Source: a virus
Virus record (IMG/VR): IMGVR_UViG_3300009678_001574
Direction: 5' to 3' (one strand)
DNA length: 43,213 nucleotides
In this document: one piece after another, positions 1-8,931 of the stretch
How positions within the stretch are numbered: the first letter of the stretch is position 1
Layout: every line of letters begins with the position of its first letter
Position numbers and translations under genes: made by a program
Notes under the pieces: generated by a model
Databases searched by the model: none
What the model was told of the DNA's origin: nothing
The model's input: the letters and a program-made list of their open reading frames with translations, nothing else

Positions 1-138
1 ATGGATGCTGATGATTGGATAACCTCATCCGACTACGACAATAAACTAATAGTTAGATTTATGTACAGTAGTGATGAGGGACACGGCACTAGGACAAAAT
101 GCTATGCTGATTTTGAGCTTAAGGCAAATGGTGAATAA
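1..138 (+). CDS. Probable 3' end of an upstream hypothetical gene (partial)
   Basis: Frame 1 is open from base 1 (MDADDWITSSDY...KANGE) to TAA 136-138, which overlaps the next ATG (TAATG). Confidence 0.5.
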   Translation: MDADDWITSSDYDNKLIVRFMYSSDEGHGTRTKCYADFELKANGE

Positions 139-725
139 TGTTAGTTGGTAAAAAAGTAATATTAGAGGAAGTGGATCCTAAAAATATCGAGCAAATGCGT
201 GTCTGGCGTAATGATCCAAATTTACGTAAGTATTTTAGAGAATATAAAGATATATCAAAAGATCAGCAAGATAGATGGTATAAAGAACGCGGCAATAATA
301 TGAATCCAGCCCATGTTTATTTTCAAATAATGGGACTGCCAGAATTGGATACAAGTTATCCATTACAACATCGCATAGATAATCGTTATCTAATTGGTTG
401 CTGCGGGCTACACTATATTGACTTCAGACTTCGTTCTGGTGAGTTTGGTGTATTCTTGGGCACCGATAGAGGTACTGGTAAGGGCAAAGAAGCTATCGAA
501 TTATTGTTTGATTATGGATTTAAAGAATTAAACCTACATAAGATATGGGCAGAGGTATATGATAATAATGATTCCATAAACTTATATCGCAAAATAGGTT
601 TAAGGGATGATGGTATATTACGCGACAATTATTTTAGTGAAGGCAAGTATGGCAATTCGACAATGATGTCGGTGCTGGAAAATGAATGGCGCGCTCAATA
701 CGGTGAAGCTGTGTTATGGCGCTGA
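138..725 (+). CDS. GNAT N-acetyltransferase, RimJ/RimL family, PseH-like (amino-sugar nucleotide acetyltransferase)
   Basis: WRNDP near the N-terminus, RGTGKGKEA acetyl-CoA loop, FKELNLHKIWAEVYDNN..SINLYRKIG. NeuB lies nearby. Confidence 0.8.
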   Translation: MLVGKKVILEEVDPKNIEQMRVWRNDPNLRKYFREYKDISKDQQDRWYKERGNNMNPAHVYFQIMGLPELDTSYPLQHRIDNRYLIGCCGLHYIDFRLRSGEFGVFLGTDRGTGKGKEAIELLFDYGFKELNLHKIWAEVYDNNDSINLYRKIGLRDDGILRDNYFSEGKYGNSTMMSVLENEWRAQYGEAVLWR

Positions 726-991
726 AGTCTGATGACTTGACTTATTTGATATATGATACAATGTTAAAGTATATCAATCATAGTGTTGAACAAACTAGCA
801 GACGAATTACAATTAATTATGAAGATGAAAGTGGCCAATTTGACGGCCGCTTAGATATTGAATTTAACGAAGATACTTGTGAGATTGAACACATGTCAAC
901 TTCGTATAACAGAAAACAACATCTGGTTGATGCCTACAAAGAAAAGATGGCATCTGAAAACAGAAGGATTGGGGAAAACAATGAAAGATAA
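716..991 (+). CDS. Hypothetical protein (91 aa)
   Basis: ORF overlaps both neighbours; no motif recognised. Confidence 0.6.
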   Translation: MALKSDDLTYLIYDTMLKYINHSVEQTSRRITINYEDESGQFDGRLDIEFNEDTCEIEHMSTSYNRKQHLVDAYKEKMASENRRIGENNER

Positions 992-1664
992 TTTAACAGA
1001 ACTGGTATTTATTTTGGATCGCAGTGGTAGTATGGAGTCAATGTCAAAAGAAGCTATAGGTGGCTTTAATGCATTCCTTGAAGAGCAAAAGAAAGTTGAA
1101 GGTGATGCTAATCTTACCCTTGTACTATTTGATAACGAATACCTATTGATACACAATGGTAAAAACGTTAAAGAATGTGAGTGCCTAGATGATAAGACTT
1201 ATGTTCCACGCGGCACCACAGCCTTGTTAGACGCAATCGGTCGTACAATTGACGACGTAGGTAGGCGCTTGGCAGCAACTCCGGAGGCAGAACGCCCTGG
1301 CAAAGTTTTGGTTGCTATCATGACTGATGGACAAGAGAACGCCAGCAAAGACTATAAGAAAGCAAAAATTAACGAGATGATTTCACATCAGACAGGAAAG
1401 TATGCTTGGCAATTTTTGTTTTTAGCAGCAAACCAAGATGCTATGGCAGAAGGTATGAGTCTTGGTATTGCAAGAGATTTCTCTATGACTTATGACTCAC
1501 ATCAAATTGGAGCAACTAAGAGTGCATTTGCTTCAGTTGCTTGTTCAGCTACAGCATATCGTTCAACAGGAAAGATAAGCGGCATAAAGCAGCAACCAAT
1601 TGATGATGTAGATACTGACATTAAGCCAGCTACAAGCACCACCGATGATACAACCAGCAATTAA
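981..1664 (+). CDS. von Willebrand factor A (vWA) domain protein
   Basis: MIDAS motif ILDRSGSM, T in GTTALLDAIG, MTDGQENAS. Start moved from 858 to ATG 981 (MKDNLTELVF), which follows a GGGGA SD-like sequence. Confidence 0.85.
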   Translation: MKDNLTELVFILDRSGSMESMSKEAIGGFNAFLEEQKKVEGDANLTLVLFDNEYLLIHNGKNVKECECLDDKTYVPRGTTALLDAIGRTIDDVGRRLAATPEAERPGKVLVAIMTDGQENASKDYKKAKINEMISHQTGKYAWQFLFLAANQDAMAEGMSLGIARDFSMTYDSHQIGATKSAFASVACSATAYRSTGKISGIKQQPIDDVDTDIKPATSTTDDTTSN

Positions 1665-1882
1665 TGGATAGGGACTTCAAGTTATTCTACTACGTATTGG
1701 TTGCTGGTGAAAATCAAATTATACCATTAGGCAACAATGCTTACGAAATGAAATGGAGAATAACTAAAGGCTCTTTGATAAGCGCTGGTATTATAGTATT
1801 TGTTATAGATGATAATGACTTTAGAATCTTAAGAGGATTAGATACTTTTAGGTGGCATGTTTCCAAGCATGTGAGGGTATAA
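1664..1882 (+). CDS. Hypothetical protein (72 aa)
   Basis: TAATG-coupled ORF filling the gap. Confidence 0.55.
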   Translation: MDRDFKLFYYVLVAGENQIIPLGNNAYEMKWRITKGSLISAGIIVFVIDDNDFRILRGLDTFRWHVSKHVRV

Positions 1883-1883
1883 T

Positions 1884-2348
1884 ATGGGCAGTGAAATGAC
1901 ACTTTGGTCTTTGTTTTGGCCACGAGTAATAGCTTTATCTGGTGGGTTCGATCCCATTCATAAGGGCCATATTCGTATGATTGAGGAAGCCGCTGCCTAT
2001 GGAGATGTAGTTGTCATATTAAATAGCGACGAATGGCTAATGCATAAGAAAGGTTATGTGTTTATGCCATGGTCAGACCGCGCTGAAGTGTTGAATGCAC
2101 TTCGGGGCGTTAGCAAAGTTATTACCGTTGATGACACAGACGGCACTGTGTGTAGGGCTTTAGAATTATTACGGCCTGATTATTTTGGTAACGGGGGTGA
2201 TCGTACAGACCAAAATACGCCAGAAAAACAATTGTGTCAAGAGTTAAATATTGAAATGATATGGGGCTTGGGCGGTGGTAAAATCCAAAGCTCAAGTTCC
2301 CTAATAAAAGGAGTTAAAAATGTCTTAGATGAACAGCATAAGAAATAA
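1884..2348 (+). CDS. HIGH-motif cytidylyl/adenylyltransferase (TagD/RfaE-domain II-like)
   Basis: SGGFDPIHKGH (HxGH), LNSDEWL..KKG, RPDYFGNGGDR, KIQSSS. Confidence 0.85.
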   Translation: MGSEMTLWSLFWPRVIALSGGFDPIHKGHIRMIEEAAAYGDVVVILNSDEWLMHKKGYVFMPWSDRAEVLNALRGVSKVITVDDTDGTVCRALELLRPDYFGNGGDRTDQNTPEKQLCQELNIEMIWGLGGGKIQSSSSLIKGVKNVLDEQHKK

Positions 2349-3069
2349 AATAGAAAGAGTTTGGTTTAAAGTTTTTGGAAAGAAATTTGGTAAGATGAGC
2401 CTATTTAGTAGGTGGCGAAGAATACCCGGTAGTCAAAAAGTCGAATTTTCACCTGACAATAAATATACATTAGTTATAGATAGATATTGGACAGGGCCTG
2501 GAACTTGGGAATATACCAAGGGAACAGTTAAGAATACAGCTACGGGTAAGATTATAACAGAAGTATATAGGAACTATCATTCCTTTTGGTCTTCTTGGGT
2601 ACTTGGTCATAAAGATGGCCACGACTATTTGCTTTGCGGAGAAGACTATCAGGGACAAACTGTTATAAGACTTGATACAGGCGAGCGTAGAGACTATTTG
2701 TCCGAACATGCAAATAAGGGATGGGGTTTTTGTTGGGTTGATGCTAAACTATCACCCGATGGAAGTAAGCTGGCGGCATACGGCTGTTATTGGGCGTGTC
2801 CTTGGGAAGTTAAAGTAGTTGATTTTACAAAACCTTTAGAGTCATTAGAACTATTGGGCTTCAGTGATTGCAGCGACAACATAGATGACCTGGTTTCTTG
2901 GAATGACGACGGCACAATAACCGTCAAAGTATATGAAGAATATCGCAAATCAGATGGAAAATCCTATAGTGATTTGACGGAAGATGAACGGGATAAAGCA
3001 GACGAAGATAGCGATTGTGATTATCGGGATGCTGTGAAGACCATTAAAATAAAGGAGAGCGGTGGATAA
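2329..3069 (+). CDS. Hypothetical protein, possibly beta-propeller-like
   Basis: 246-aa ORF with FSPDNKY and LSPDGSKLA turns typical of propeller blades; Trp/Tyr-rich. Confidence 0.6.
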   Translation: MNSIRNKIERVWFKVFGKKFGKMSLFSRWRRIPGSQKVEFSPDNKYTLVIDRYWTGPGTWEYTKGTVKNTATGKIITEVYRNYHSFWSSWVLGHKDGHDYLLCGEDYQGQTVIRLDTGERRDYLSEHANKGWGFCWVDAKLSPDGSKLAAYGCYWACPWEVKVVDFTKPLESLELLGFSDCSDNIDDLVSWNDDGTITVKVYEEYRKSDGKSYSDLTEDERDKADEDSDCDYRDAVKTIKIKESGG

Positions 3070-3328
3070 AAAGGTTAAAGATACATACTTGGGCATGCTA
3101 ACTGGTTGGTTCATGAATACCCAAGAAGTAAAAAATATCTACGCTTATCTTTTAGACAAAAGCTGGACTGTTAGTGCCTTCATAACACCGCAAGACAAAA
3201 TTGAATTGCGTTTGAAAGATAAGCGTAGATTTGGTATGCCCGAAGATTATGTTGTATTTTTGGACGGTAAGAGAAGAGGGCAAGATACTTCTATGATATT
3301 ACGAAAATGGACTTTCAATGTATTATGA
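3062..3328 (+). CDS. Hypothetical protein (88 aa)
   Basis: GTG start after AAGGAG SD. Confidence 0.6.
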   Translation: MDKKVKDTYLGMLTGWFMNTQEVKNIYAYLLDKSWTVSAFITPQDKIELRLKDKRRFGMPEDYVVFLDGKRRGQDTSMILRKWTFNVL

Positions 3329-3503
3329 CCCACTCATAGGTGATGTGCCAAGTAAAGAAAATCTTATGTTACGAATATACATAAGAATGTTGTGTCATAA
3401 TTATAAAATAACTGGTTGTGTAAAAGACGCCAATTATAATGGTTACAAAATATCAATGAGTAATGGAACTCAAGATTGGATGAGCGTCTTTTATGTTAGA
3501 TAA
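3318..3503 (+). CDS. Hypothetical protein (61 aa)
   Basis: Overlaps the previous stop and ends just before the tRNA. Confidence 0.5.
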   Translation: MYYDPLIGDVPSKENLMLRIYIRMLCHNYKITGCVKDANYNGYKISMSNGTQDWMSVFYVR

Positions 3504-3508
3504 TATGT

Positions 3509-3582
3509 GCCCCTATAGCTTAAAGGTAGAGCATTCGCTTGGTATGCGAAAGACATAGGTTCGATACCTATTAGGGGCTCCA
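3509..3582 (+). tRNA. tRNA-Thr (anticodon GGT) with encoded CCA
   Basis: Acceptor stem GCCCCTA/TAGGGGC, D arm GCTT-AAAGGT-AGAGC, anticodon arm TTCGC-TTGGTAT-GCGAA, T arm ATAGG-TTCGATA-CCTAT, discriminator T, then CCA at 3580-3582. Confidence 0.95.
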
Positions 3583-3601
3583 AACGAATTAAGGAGAATT
3601 T

Positions 3602-4321
3602 ATGGTTTGTATTATAAGCGAAATAGGAATTAATCATAATGGCAGTATGGCTATGGCAAAGGAACTTATACGCCAATCTGCCATTGCCGGCGCCGATGTT
3701 GCAAAGTTTCAGGCCTATAGCGTTGATGCACTCTTTGGTGTAGGTGGTGAAGATCCCAATCCAGTTATTCATGCCGGTGTAAAGCCGTTCGAATTCAACA
3801 AAGAACAATTCGCAGAGCTTAAGGCCTGTTGTGATGAAGAGGGCATTGAGTTTATGTGTAGCGTATTCGATGAAGAAAGGCTACAATGGATGGAAGACCT
3901 CGGTGTTAAGCGTCATAAGATAGCCAGCCGTACCTCTAAACTTACGCGCGGGTTAGCTATTAAGATGGCAGAAACTGGTAAGGAATGCTTAATGTCTTTG
4001 GGCTTTGGCTCTAAACCACTTGAAACAAACTATCCCAATGTCAAGTATTTGTATTGTGTTTCCAAATATCCTACAATGTACTCTGAATTAGAACTGCCAA
4101 AAGACTTTACTACAAGTCAATTTTACGGATTTAGTGACCACAGTATGGGAATCGAAGCGAGTTTAGTTGCCATTGCCCGTGGCTCGCAAGTAATCGAAAA
4201 GCACTTTACCTTAAATAAAGGCCTACAAGGATTTGATCATATTTGTTCGATGGATCCAGAAGAGTTACGAGATTTGGTTAAGTATGCTCGTAGAATGGAA
4301 AAGGTATTGAAGTATTGCTAA
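3602..4321 (+). CDS. neuB: N-acetylneuraminate/nonulosonate synthase family (NeuB/PseI/LegI), TIM-barrel domain only
   Basis: IISEIGINHNGS, GADVAKFQ, KIAS, CVSKYP, GFSDHS, IEKHFTL; AAGGAG SD. At 239 aa it lacks the usual C-terminal AFP-like/SAF domain. Confidence 0.92.
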   Translation: MVCIISEIGINHNGSMAMAKELIRQSAIAGADVAKFQAYSVDALFGVGGEDPNPVIHAGVKPFEFNKEQFAELKACCDEEGIEFMCSVFDEERLQWMEDLGVKRHKIASRTSKLTRGLAIKMAETGKECLMSLGFGSKPLETNYPNVKYLYCVSKYPTMYSELELPKDFTTSQFYGFSDHSMGIEASLVAIARGSQVIEKHFTLNKGLQGFDHICSMDPEELRDLVKYARRMEKVLKYC

Positions 4322-4530
4322 TGAAATATTTATTCTTGTTATTATTAGTCTCTTGTGCCGGATCACTTATGGTTACAAGCCATCCAGAAAAAACTGCATG
4401 TGGCGCCGCCTTGGGTGTTAGAATTGAGGCTTATTTTGCAAAATGTGATTACGTTACAATTACCGAAATAAAAAAGCAGGATGATGGCACCTACGTAGGC
4501 AAAGGACAATGCCATAAAAAGGGAAACTAA
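4321..4530 (+). CDS. Small predicted lipoprotein
   Basis: MKYLFLLLLVS-C signal peptide with lipobox-like Cys. ATG 4321 overlaps the neuB stop. Confidence 0.6.
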   Translation: MKYLFLLLLVSCAGSLMVTSHPEKTACGAALGVRIEAYFAKCDYVTITEIKKQDDGTYVGKGQCHKKGN

Positions 4531-5150
4531 TGGGACTCAAAGAAACTCAGGCTCATCACTGGGCTAAGAAAGACCTTAAAATAATTCAATCATATTGGGA
4601 CTCACCTCCTGCCACTAAACGCTCACTCTGGTTTGTAGAACAACTTAAGCAATTTGAGTTTAGTTCTATATTCGAGGTGGGCTTTTTTGCTGGTAGGAAC
4701 TTGCGTTATATTAAGGAAACATTCCCGACCAAACAATTAGCTGGAATAGAAGTAAATAAGGCAGCAGTTGCTTTTGCCAAAGAGAAATTAGGTCTTCCAG
4801 AATTAGCTCATCTAGACCTACACAAATTAGACGAAATGAAGAGCACTCATGACATAGTCTTTTCTTCTGGCGTCTTAATACATGTGCCACCCGAAGAAAT
4901 ACCAGAAGCCCTTAACAAGTTTATTCGTAAGGCTTCTAAATACGTTATGCATATAGAACACGATGGCCTTGGTGAATTGGTCGCCGGCCCAAAAGAATTA
5001 AAGCCAATTTATAAAGTAAGTGACCAATTACAGTGGAGACCTAATCTTGTAGGAACTTATAAAGCTTTAGGATATGAACCACAAGTAATTCCGTTGCCTG
5101 ATGATTGTAAGACCAACGGCGCAAGTGAGTTGGTAGTAATAAAATTATAA
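4530..5150 (+). CDS. Class I SAM-dependent methyltransferase resembling pseudaminic-acid-pathway-associated methylases
   Basis: IFEVGFFAGRNL motif I, GIEVN motif II, DIVFSSGVLIHVPP. Confidence 0.8.
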   Translation: MGLKETQAHHWAKKDLKIIQSYWDSPPATKRSLWFVEQLKQFEFSSIFEVGFFAGRNLRYIKETFPTKQLAGIEVNKAAVAFAKEKLGLPELAHLDLHKLDEMKSTHDIVFSSGVLIHVPPEEIPEALNKFIRKASKYVMHIEHDGLGELVAGPKELKPIYKVSDQLQWRPNLVGTYKALGYEPQVIPLPDDCKTNGASELVVIKL

Positions 5151-5163
5151 AATTGGAGGAAAT

Positions 5164-6012
5164 ATGTCTAATACTATTTCCATTATAATGCCGGCATTTG
5201 CAGTTGAAAAACACTTGGTTCATTTTGAAAAGGCTATTGATGGTATTGTGAAACAAACATATACTAATTGGGAACTTCTAATAATTTGCGATGGTGGTTA
5301 CAAAACTACTATAGACGTTGTATTAAGTATAGTTAGCAGTTATAAAGATAAACGTATTAGTGTATATAAATCTACAAAACAGTGTGGCTCTGGTATAATA
5401 CGAAATATGGCCATTCAGTATGTAAAAGGAAAATATTTAACCTTTCATGATTCTGACGACTATTCAGTTCCAGATAGATTTGAGAAACTTATGGCAAATA
5501 TGGATACTAATGGCATAGTAACTTCTAATGTGACAATTAATACTTTGTATGGTGATGAGGGCGGAGCTAGAGAAAAAAAATATACTGGCATTGCTCTTGA
5601 TGCACTTATTGTACAGCGTAAAGTAAAAACTCCATTTTGTTTACCCGCCTCTATTATGACAGTGGATTTATTTAAAAGCATGGGCGGATTTGAAAAGTAT
5701 ATGTATTCTACTGAGCCAATATTAGCTATTAAGATTGCCTATCTACGAGAAATGTTAGGAATACCAAAGGTGCCAATCGTAGACGAGCCGTTAATGGTTT
5801 ACAATCGTCATCCACATTCTGTTACGACTAAATTTGAAAATGCTTATAACGTAAAGAAATGCCAATCAGCACAACGAAAGCCTCTAATAAGAATATTTAG
5901 AGAACGCTACATAAAGGGGCTAATAAAGAAGGGTGCTCCGAAAAAAGAACTTATGAAAGAACTTTTTATATCAAGTAATTTTACCAAAGTACAATTGATA
6001 AAGGTGAAATAA
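5164..6012 (+). CDS. Glycosyltransferase family 2 (GT-A)
   Basis: ISIIMPAF, QTYTNWELLIICDG, RN.AI...KGKYLTFHDSDD (DxD); GGAGG SD. Confidence 0.88.
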   Translation: MSNTISIIMPAFAVEKHLVHFEKAIDGIVKQTYTNWELLIICDGGYKTTIDVVLSIVSSYKDKRISVYKSTKQCGSGIIRNMAIQYVKGKYLTFHDSDDYSVPDRFEKLMANMDTNGIVTSNVTINTLYGDEGGAREKKYTGIALDALIVQRKVKTPFCLPASIMTVDLFKSMGGFEKYMYSTEPILAIKIAYLREMLGIPKVPIVDEPLMVYNRHPHSVTTKFENAYNVKKCQSAQRKPLIRIFRERYIKGLIKKGAPKKELMKELFISSNFTKVQLIKVK

Positions 6013-6611
6013 TGGAAGTATCGGTGATAATCACTAATTATAACTATGGAAAATACTTGGCTCGCGCTATTCGTTCGGCGCTAAATCAGTCCTTTAATAA
6101 AAGCGAATACGAAATCATAGTCATAGATGATTATTCAACTGATAGTAGTAAACAAGTTATAGAATCATTTCATACTAAGATTAAGCCAATTTATAATGAG
6201 TCTAATTTGGGTTTAGCGGCAACTTGCAATAAAGCTATCAAAGAAGCAATGGGAACCTATGTAATCCGCATGGATGCAGATGATTATGTTGCTCACGATT
6301 GGCTTAAAATCCATCATCTTTTTCTTGCCAATAATAAAGGCGAAATGGATGCTACTAGTTCTGATTATCTCGAAGTAGATGAAAGCGAAAAGACTATTCG
6401 TAGAAAAAGTGGAGCTACGTGGCCAATAGCCTGTGGCGTTATGTATAAGCTCGATCATATGTTAGAGTTGGGTCTATATGATGTCAGTTTGCCACGAGAG
6501 GATGTAGATTTTAGGCAACGTTTTATTAAGAGCGGCAAACAAATATTTAATATACCAGTTCCGTTGTATCGCTACACACAACACGAAAATTCAATTACAA
6601 AGGGTTTATAA
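6012..6611 (+). CDS. Glycosyltransferase family 2 (GT-A)
   Basis: VSVIITNYNYGKYL, EIIVIDDYSTD, RMDADD, EDVDF, YRYTQH. Confidence 0.92.
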   Translation: MEVSVIITNYNYGKYLARAIRSALNQSFNKSEYEIIVIDDYSTDSSKQVIESFHTKIKPIYNESNLGLAATCNKAIKEAMGTYVIRMDADDYVAHDWLKIHHLFLANNKGEMDATSSDYLEVDESEKTIRRKSGATWPIACGVMYKLDHMLELGLYDVSLPREDVDFRQRFIKSGKQIFNIPVPLYRYTQHENSITKGL

Positions 6612-7481
6612 ATGACTGATACACTTCTTGTAATAGGTGCACAAAAAAGTGGAACATCCACTATGGTTGGTATTCTTAATTGCCACCCAGAAATATTTGT
6701 TGCACACGAATGGTTTCTTGATTCGGTTTGTACTAAGTATGGTTTAGATTTTTTTAGACATTATCGTGTAGATGAAAGAGAAAGGCTAAAAAAGAAGAAA
6801 CCAATTGCAAGTTCGTTCCAAAATTTTATTAGAGTATTATTGAAAAATGGATACAATTATAAATATGCTGGCGACAAATGGCCCAGAATAGGTTCATATA
6901 AAGTTATAGATAAGCGTATCGTGGAAATGAAAGATATCTATTCTATATTTATGATACGAGATTTGCGCACTTGGCTGCAACATAAAATGGTTTTAAACAT
7001 ATATAAGTGTACGGATGATATAACAGATTTGGCCATTAGATATGTGTATTACTTTGTAAAGAGTTTTTTGCTACCAAAGTGCTTACGTATAAGTATGGAA
7101 GGTATGATACAATATCCTAATATTACAGTAAAGCAAGTGGCAGATTTTCTGAAAGTCGAAGATATATATATGCAAGGGTGGTGGGATAAAGTAGGAAAGC
7201 AGGAAGATAATAATAAAAAGTTGCATAAGTGGTGGGAAAGACATACCTCGGCTGTCATAGAACCAAAGCATTTGGATATTGAAGTAGATATTAAAGAGCA
7301 TTCTTTTTGGAGCGATATATTGCCTGTCTTTGATAAATATTACAATAATTTAAATAGTGTATTTGAGGATAATGCTATTATCGATGACATAAACTATCTT
7401 ATTTCTTTATCAAAAAAATGGAATAAGGTTTCTGCAAATGAATTATACAATACTGTATCCAAATTAACAATTAGACAATAG
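6612..7481 (+). CDS. Sulfotransferase family protein
   Basis: 5'-PSB loop IGAQKSGTS, LNCHPEI, GDKWP, and FMIRD resembling the 3'-PB motif. Confidence 0.75.
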   Translation: MTDTLLVIGAQKSGTSTMVGILNCHPEIFVAHEWFLDSVCTKYGLDFFRHYRVDERERLKKKKPIASSFQNFIRVLLKNGYNYKYAGDKWPRIGSYKVIDKRIVEMKDIYSIFMIRDLRTWLQHKMVLNIYKCTDDITDLAIRYVYYFVKSFLLPKCLRISMEGMIQYPNITVKQVADFLKVEDIYMQGWWDKVGKQEDNNKKLHKWWERHTSAVIEPKHLDIEVDIKEHSFWSDILPVFDKYYNNLNSVFEDNAIIDDINYLISLSKKWNKVSANELYNTVSKLTIRQ

Positions 7482-7490
7482 GAGTTTAAC

Positions 7491-7847
7491 ATGTTATTCG
7501 CAATAATTGCTGGATTAGTACTATTAGCTACCATAATAGGTTTAGATATCCATTTTGCTATGGATGGAATTAAGGGCAATACTTGGAGCGAAATGATACG
7601 CAAGTTGGGTTTCGTATTAACCTTTATTCCCTGGGCCTGGGGTGGTCTTGGTGGGCACTTCTTTCATCCTAATTGGAAACAGATAATCCAGTCGCCGGGA
7701 AATATAGCTATGATGGTTTGGTTAAGTGTAGTGGTTACTATGATAGGTGGCGCTGTTATGAAATCTGGATGGTCGTACTCGCATTGGGTACCATTTATAA
7801 CTTTCTTTATTGCAGCGGTAGTCATAGGTAAGTTGTGGCCGGTATAA
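7491..7847 (+). CDS. Small multi-pass membrane protein
   Basis: About four hydrophobic segments; AGGAG SD. Confidence 0.7.
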   Translation: MLFAIIAGLVLLATIIGLDIHFAMDGIKGNTWSEMIRKLGFVLTFIPWAWGGLGGHFFHPNWKQIIQSPGNIAMMVWLSVVVTMIGGAVMKSGWSYSHWVPFITFFIAAVVIGKLWPV

Positions 7848-7848
7848 T

Positions 7849-8931
7849 ATGCCCAAAGTGGTGATGTTTAGTGACCAATTTCTTCCCACCTTTCCATATC
7901 TTGACCTTCCTTTGTTTAATGATATTAAAAGCCGCGGGATAGATATTGTGTATATATTGCAAGATGGTGATCATCGTCTTGTGGAACCATCATTGTCTGC
8001 TACCTATAAAGCTTTAAATCCCACTGTAGTAAGAAAAACTAGTGAGGTTCTTTCATATATCAGCAAGGATGATTTGTTGGTTGAGCGTTTTGCTTATAAA
8101 GGCGTTGCTGCTGATGTAGCTAATCATGCTAAACATGCTAAAAGAAAAATACTCATGTTAGATCCAGCAGCAATAGATATTCGTGTTAGACAATGCCCAG
8201 CTCAATATGTTACTGCTAAAAGCAAATATATGAAATTAGAAATACTTAAGAAGTTTTCATATACTGGTATTTTTACTACAGGTACAATTCATTTTGATGC
8301 TGCCGCTACTACACAAGTTGATCGTGATGAGTTTATGAAGTCTTACGGCCTAAATCCTTCCAAGAAATTAGCCCTACTGACGCCAGCAAATCCTGCCGAA
8401 GCTAATCATCAGACTGGCGTTGATAATGAGTACGAACAAATAGCAGCGATAGTAAAAAATCAATGCCCAGACTATGAGCTTATGATTAAGGCTCATCCAA
8501 TGGATTATACGGCAAAAATACCACCAAGGCCCGGTATTGTTCATAAGCATGAATATTACAAAGGCTCTTATTCATGGGAGAAGTTTGCGCCCGGTGCTGT
8601 TGTAGTTAAGGCGGAAGAGGGCTACAAGGCTTTTAAGGCCTGTGATGTTGTATTAAATGTCCGCAGTAGTATAGCGATGGAAACACCGTTATTCTACAAG
8701 CCGTTGCTGAATATTAATCGTAGTAAATATACGACTAATTGGCCATATTCAGCAACGGCGATGATAGATATAGAACTTGGAGAGCTTGCTGCTGTCCTTA
8801 ACACAAATAGTTATTCTGCTAATGTCGAAGGGTGTAATAAGTATATAGCAGAGCATTGCTTATCAAATGATGGTAAAGCATATTTTAGAACTGCCAATGC
8901 CATCGTTAAAATTTTAAAGGGTGAGGTATGA
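7849..8931 (+). CDS. GT-B fold transferase (TagF/CDP-glycerol glycerophosphotransferase- or sialyl/Kdo-transferase-like)
   Basis: TGTIHFD, IKAHP (HP motif), CDVVLNVRSSIAMETPLFYKPLL donor-binding helix pattern. Confidence 0.65.
   Translation: MPKVVMFSDQFLPTFPYLDLPLFNDIKSRGIDIVYILQDGDHRLVEPSLSATYKALNPTVVRKTSEVLSYISKDDLLVERFAYKGVAADVANHAKHAKRKILMLDPAAIDIRVRQCPAQYVTAKSKYMKLEILKKFSYTGIFTTGTIHFDAAATTQVDRDEFMKSYGLNPSKKLALLTPANPAEANHQTGVDNEYEQIAAIVKNQCPDYELMIKAHPMDYTAKIPPRPGIVHKHEYYKGSYSWEKFAPGAVVVKAEEGYKAFKACDVVLNVRSSIAMETPLFYKPLLNINRSKYTTNWPYSATAMIDIELGELAAVLNTNSYSANVEGCNKYIAEHCLSNDGKAYFRTANAIVKILKGEV

Noticed and set aside
858-980. Extended N-terminus of the vWA ORF
   Set aside because: It overlaps the 716-991 gene; the domain and SD fit ATG 981.
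3491-3808. Minus-strand 105-aa ORF containing EPLIGIEPMS…ALPLSY
   Set aside because: This is the typical translation of an antisense tRNA plus the start of neuB.
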